Shown here: piece after piece, positions 57,821-59,835 of the stretch
Layout: every line of letters begins with the position of its first letter
Position numbering within the stretch: the first letter of the stretch is position 1
DNA from: an uncultured Vicinamibacteraceae bacterium
Lineage (GTDB): Bacteria; Acidobacteriota; Vicinamibacteria; Vicinamibacterales; UBA8438
Direction of reading: 5' to 3'
Assembly: GCA_964591245.1 (NCBI GenBank)
Contig: CAZPZZ010000001.1
Location: 1 to 59,835 of the forward strand
Length of the DNA stretch: 59,835 nt
Notes under the pieces: model-generated
What the model was told of the DNA's origin: nothing
Database searches by the model: none
The model's input: only the letters and a program-made list of their open reading frames with translations
Made by a program: the position numbers and the translations under genes

Positions 57821-58493
57821 CGAAATAGATCACTCTACACATTGGGTACTTTCGGAGAGATCGACCATGGCCCGGCGAGCAACTGCACCTTCCCCTGGTA
57901 TTCCACGGCGGAAGATCACCACTAACTGCATACAGAATTAGCCAGGTCTGACGAGACACGACTGTGGCGCCGAACACAGGTCCTCACATCCACACGGGCG
58001 TTCGTGCCACATCCGCGCCAAGACAACGGTGTCGCAATACTATTTTTCCGTCTACCATTCCACCATAGGAGACCCGCACCAATGGCTCATTGACGGCATT
58101 CCAGGCCTCCTGTCCACCACTTCCCATTCCGCGCGCACTAGAGAGAATACGGAACAACGAGGCGTCTCACACAATCCGCGACAACCACATTTTCGTGACG
58201 ACTCGCATCGACCGCAAGCTGTTTCCTGTGTGCTCGGTTTACCCCTACCTGGCGCGCTCCCGGGACTCCTCCTCCACCGCGTCAACGGCTATGATACTCG
58301 GGGGCGCCGGCTCGCCTTGGCCGAACGTACACTCGCGCCACGCTCGGCGAAGTACTCCGCAGCCGGCGCATCCCAAGAATCGTGGGGACGTCCCGCAAGC
58401 ATAGTGCGTTTCGGGAGAGACTTACCGCGAATTGCGAGCGCGACGTGACTGGAACAATCGTCAGCTGAAACCCATCTCAACAACGAGGACGCC

Positions 58494-59771
58494 ATGGACA
58501 CACGGCACAGCAAAATAAACCGGCGAACATTACTGACACTCCTTGGCTCCACCGGCATAGCGAGTTCCCTCGCAACCGGCTCGGCCCGACGTGCGCATGC
58601 CAGCATGTCTTCCGCAACGCAGGAGACGGGTATCACCCCCTTCGAGATTCGGATCGGCGACGACGACCTCGACGATTTACGGCGACGACTGATCCGGACA
58701 CGCTGGCCAGAGGATTCACCCGGTGAGCCATGGGCCTATGGCACGGACCGCGCGTTTCTCGAAGAACTGATCGCCTACTGGCGAGATGAATACGACTGGC
58801 GAACGCACGAGGCGAACCTCAATACCTTCGACCACTACACCACGACCGTCGCGGGACAACATCTTCATTTCGTACATCAACGCAGTCAGAACCCATCGGC
58901 CATTCCACTCCTCATGACGCACGGGTGGCCGGGCACGATCTGGGAGATGTTGCCGTCTGTCAGAGCGCTGAGTAATCCGTCGGCCGGGGGAGGCCAGGCC
59001 AACGACGCGTTCCACATCGTCGTTCCCTCTATCCCAGGCTTCGGCTTCTCCGGCGAGCCAGCCGAAGGCACCGACATTGCTCGTACCGCAGAACTCTGGA
59101 TCGGCTTGATGGATACCCTCGGATACGAACAATTCGGGGCGTACGGCAGTGACTGGGGCGCTGGTGTCACGCGGGAGCTTGGAGCACGATTTCCTGATCG
59201 GGTCCTGGGCATTCATACGCCCGGCGCTCCCCCCAGAGAGCAGCGCGAACCCTCGACCCAGGAGGAGCGAGACTACCTTGACCGCGCAGAACTGTGGTCG
59301 GTCGACGAAACTGGCTACCAGCGGATCCAGGGCACAAAACCACAAACCCTTGCCTATGGACTGACCGACTCACCGGTCGGACTCGCGGCATGGATTACTG
59401 AAAAACTCCGGTCTTGGAGTGACTGTGACGGCAACGTCGAAACCAGGTTCACCAAGGACCAGATCCTCACACTGGTCTCCATCTACTGGCACACCGCTAC
59501 GATCGGAACCAGCGTGCGGTACTATCACGCAAACGGCCTCGGCAGCTCCAGGCCTCGCCGCGCCACCCGGGGACCAGTACAGGTCCCGCAGGGCTTTGCA
59601 CAATTCGTGGGCATACCTTCGCGCTCCGGCCCACCCCGATCATTCATCGGCGAACTACCGGACAACGTCACACACTGGTCCGTCTTCGATACGGGTGGCC
59701 ACTTTCCGGCGATCGAAGAACCCGAATTACTGGTTGGTGACCTTCGAACCTTCTTCAGACCGTTGCGCTGA
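58494..59771 (+). CDS. Epoxide hydrolase (mEH-like), Tat-type signal
   Basis: NRRTLL twin-Arg, ITPFEI, YDWRTHE, HGWPG, GSDWG (nucleophile Asp), GTKPQTL and GGHFPAIE; upstream GAGG. Confidence 0.9.
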   Translation: MDTRHSKINRRTLLTLLGSTGIASSLATGSARRAHASMSSATQETGITPFEIRIGDDDLDDLRRRLIRTRWPEDSPGEPWAYGTDRAFLEELIAYWRDEYDWRTHEANLNTFDHYTTTVAGQHLHFVHQRSQNPSAIPLLMTHGWPGTIWEMLPSVRALSNPSAGGGQANDAFHIVVPSIPGFGFSGEPAEGTDIARTAELWIGLMDTLGYEQFGAYGSDWGAGVTRELGARFPDRVLGIHTPGAPPREQREPSTQEERDYLDRAELWSVDETGYQRIQGTKPQTLAYGLTDSPVGLAAWITEKLRSWSDCDGNVETRFTKDQILTLVSIYWHTATIGTSVRYYHANGLGSSRPRRATRGPVQVPQGFAQFVGIPSRSGPPRSFIGELPDNVTHWSVFDTGGHFPAIEEPELLVGDLRTFFRPLR

Positions 59772-59835
59772 ACGAGTGAAGGGGGCCGGAAGCCTTGTCG
59801 GGCAAAGCATACGGGCCCCATAGCCCAACCCACCG

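Noticed and set aside
38-59833. Numerous 60-300 aa antisense or overlapping ORFs in the ORF track
   Set aside because: They lie inside or opposite well-supported genes, are Arg/Pro/Ser-rich and are expected shadow ORFs in high-GC DNA.
1-59835. CRISPR arrays, IS elements, integrases, rRNA and pqqA
   Set aside because: By eye I saw no regularly spaced repeats, transposase or recombinase motifs, rRNA signatures, or E-x-x-x-Y PqqA-like peptide. A dedicated search could still find short elements.

Overview
GC-rich, gene-dense bacterial chromosomal window with about 40 protein-coding genes. I found no rRNA, tRNA, CRISPR array, transposase or integrase. The gene mix suggests a Vicinamibacterales-like Acidobacteriota or similar organism, which is inference from content only. 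That mix is PQQ/beta-propeller proteins, DUF1800-DUF1501, a planctomycete-type cytochrome PSD1-DUF1501 pair, DUF3500 and a repeated 'EYACHEGNY' protein family. Most genes encode exported (Sec- or Tat-signal) redox or hydrolytic proteins. These include four PQQ dehydrogenase-like enzymes (one with an internal heme c, one with a full lanthanide-type ligand set), three other PQQ-like propellers, several CxxCH heme-c fusions, two epoxide hydrolases, a VOC enzyme, a cyclase and an amidase. A TRAP transporter is also present. Housekeeping-type genes are dacB, an atypical transketolase, a Sir2 deacylase, a Suv3-like helicase and arfB. The strongest leads are: (1) a secreted cytochrome-c-fused protein that keeps all six CuH/CuM ligands of PHM/dopamine-beta-monooxygenase-type enzymes; (2) a four-copy uncharacterised exported family; (3) a candidate lanthanide PQQ alcohol dehydrogenase; (4) a translationally coupled DUF2868 + GTPase/DUF3482 membrane pair; and (5) structured intergenic elements at 37085-37220 and 39695-39748. 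Family names come from motif recognition, not database searches. Several start codons were moved from the ORF track to positions supported by a ribosome-binding site.
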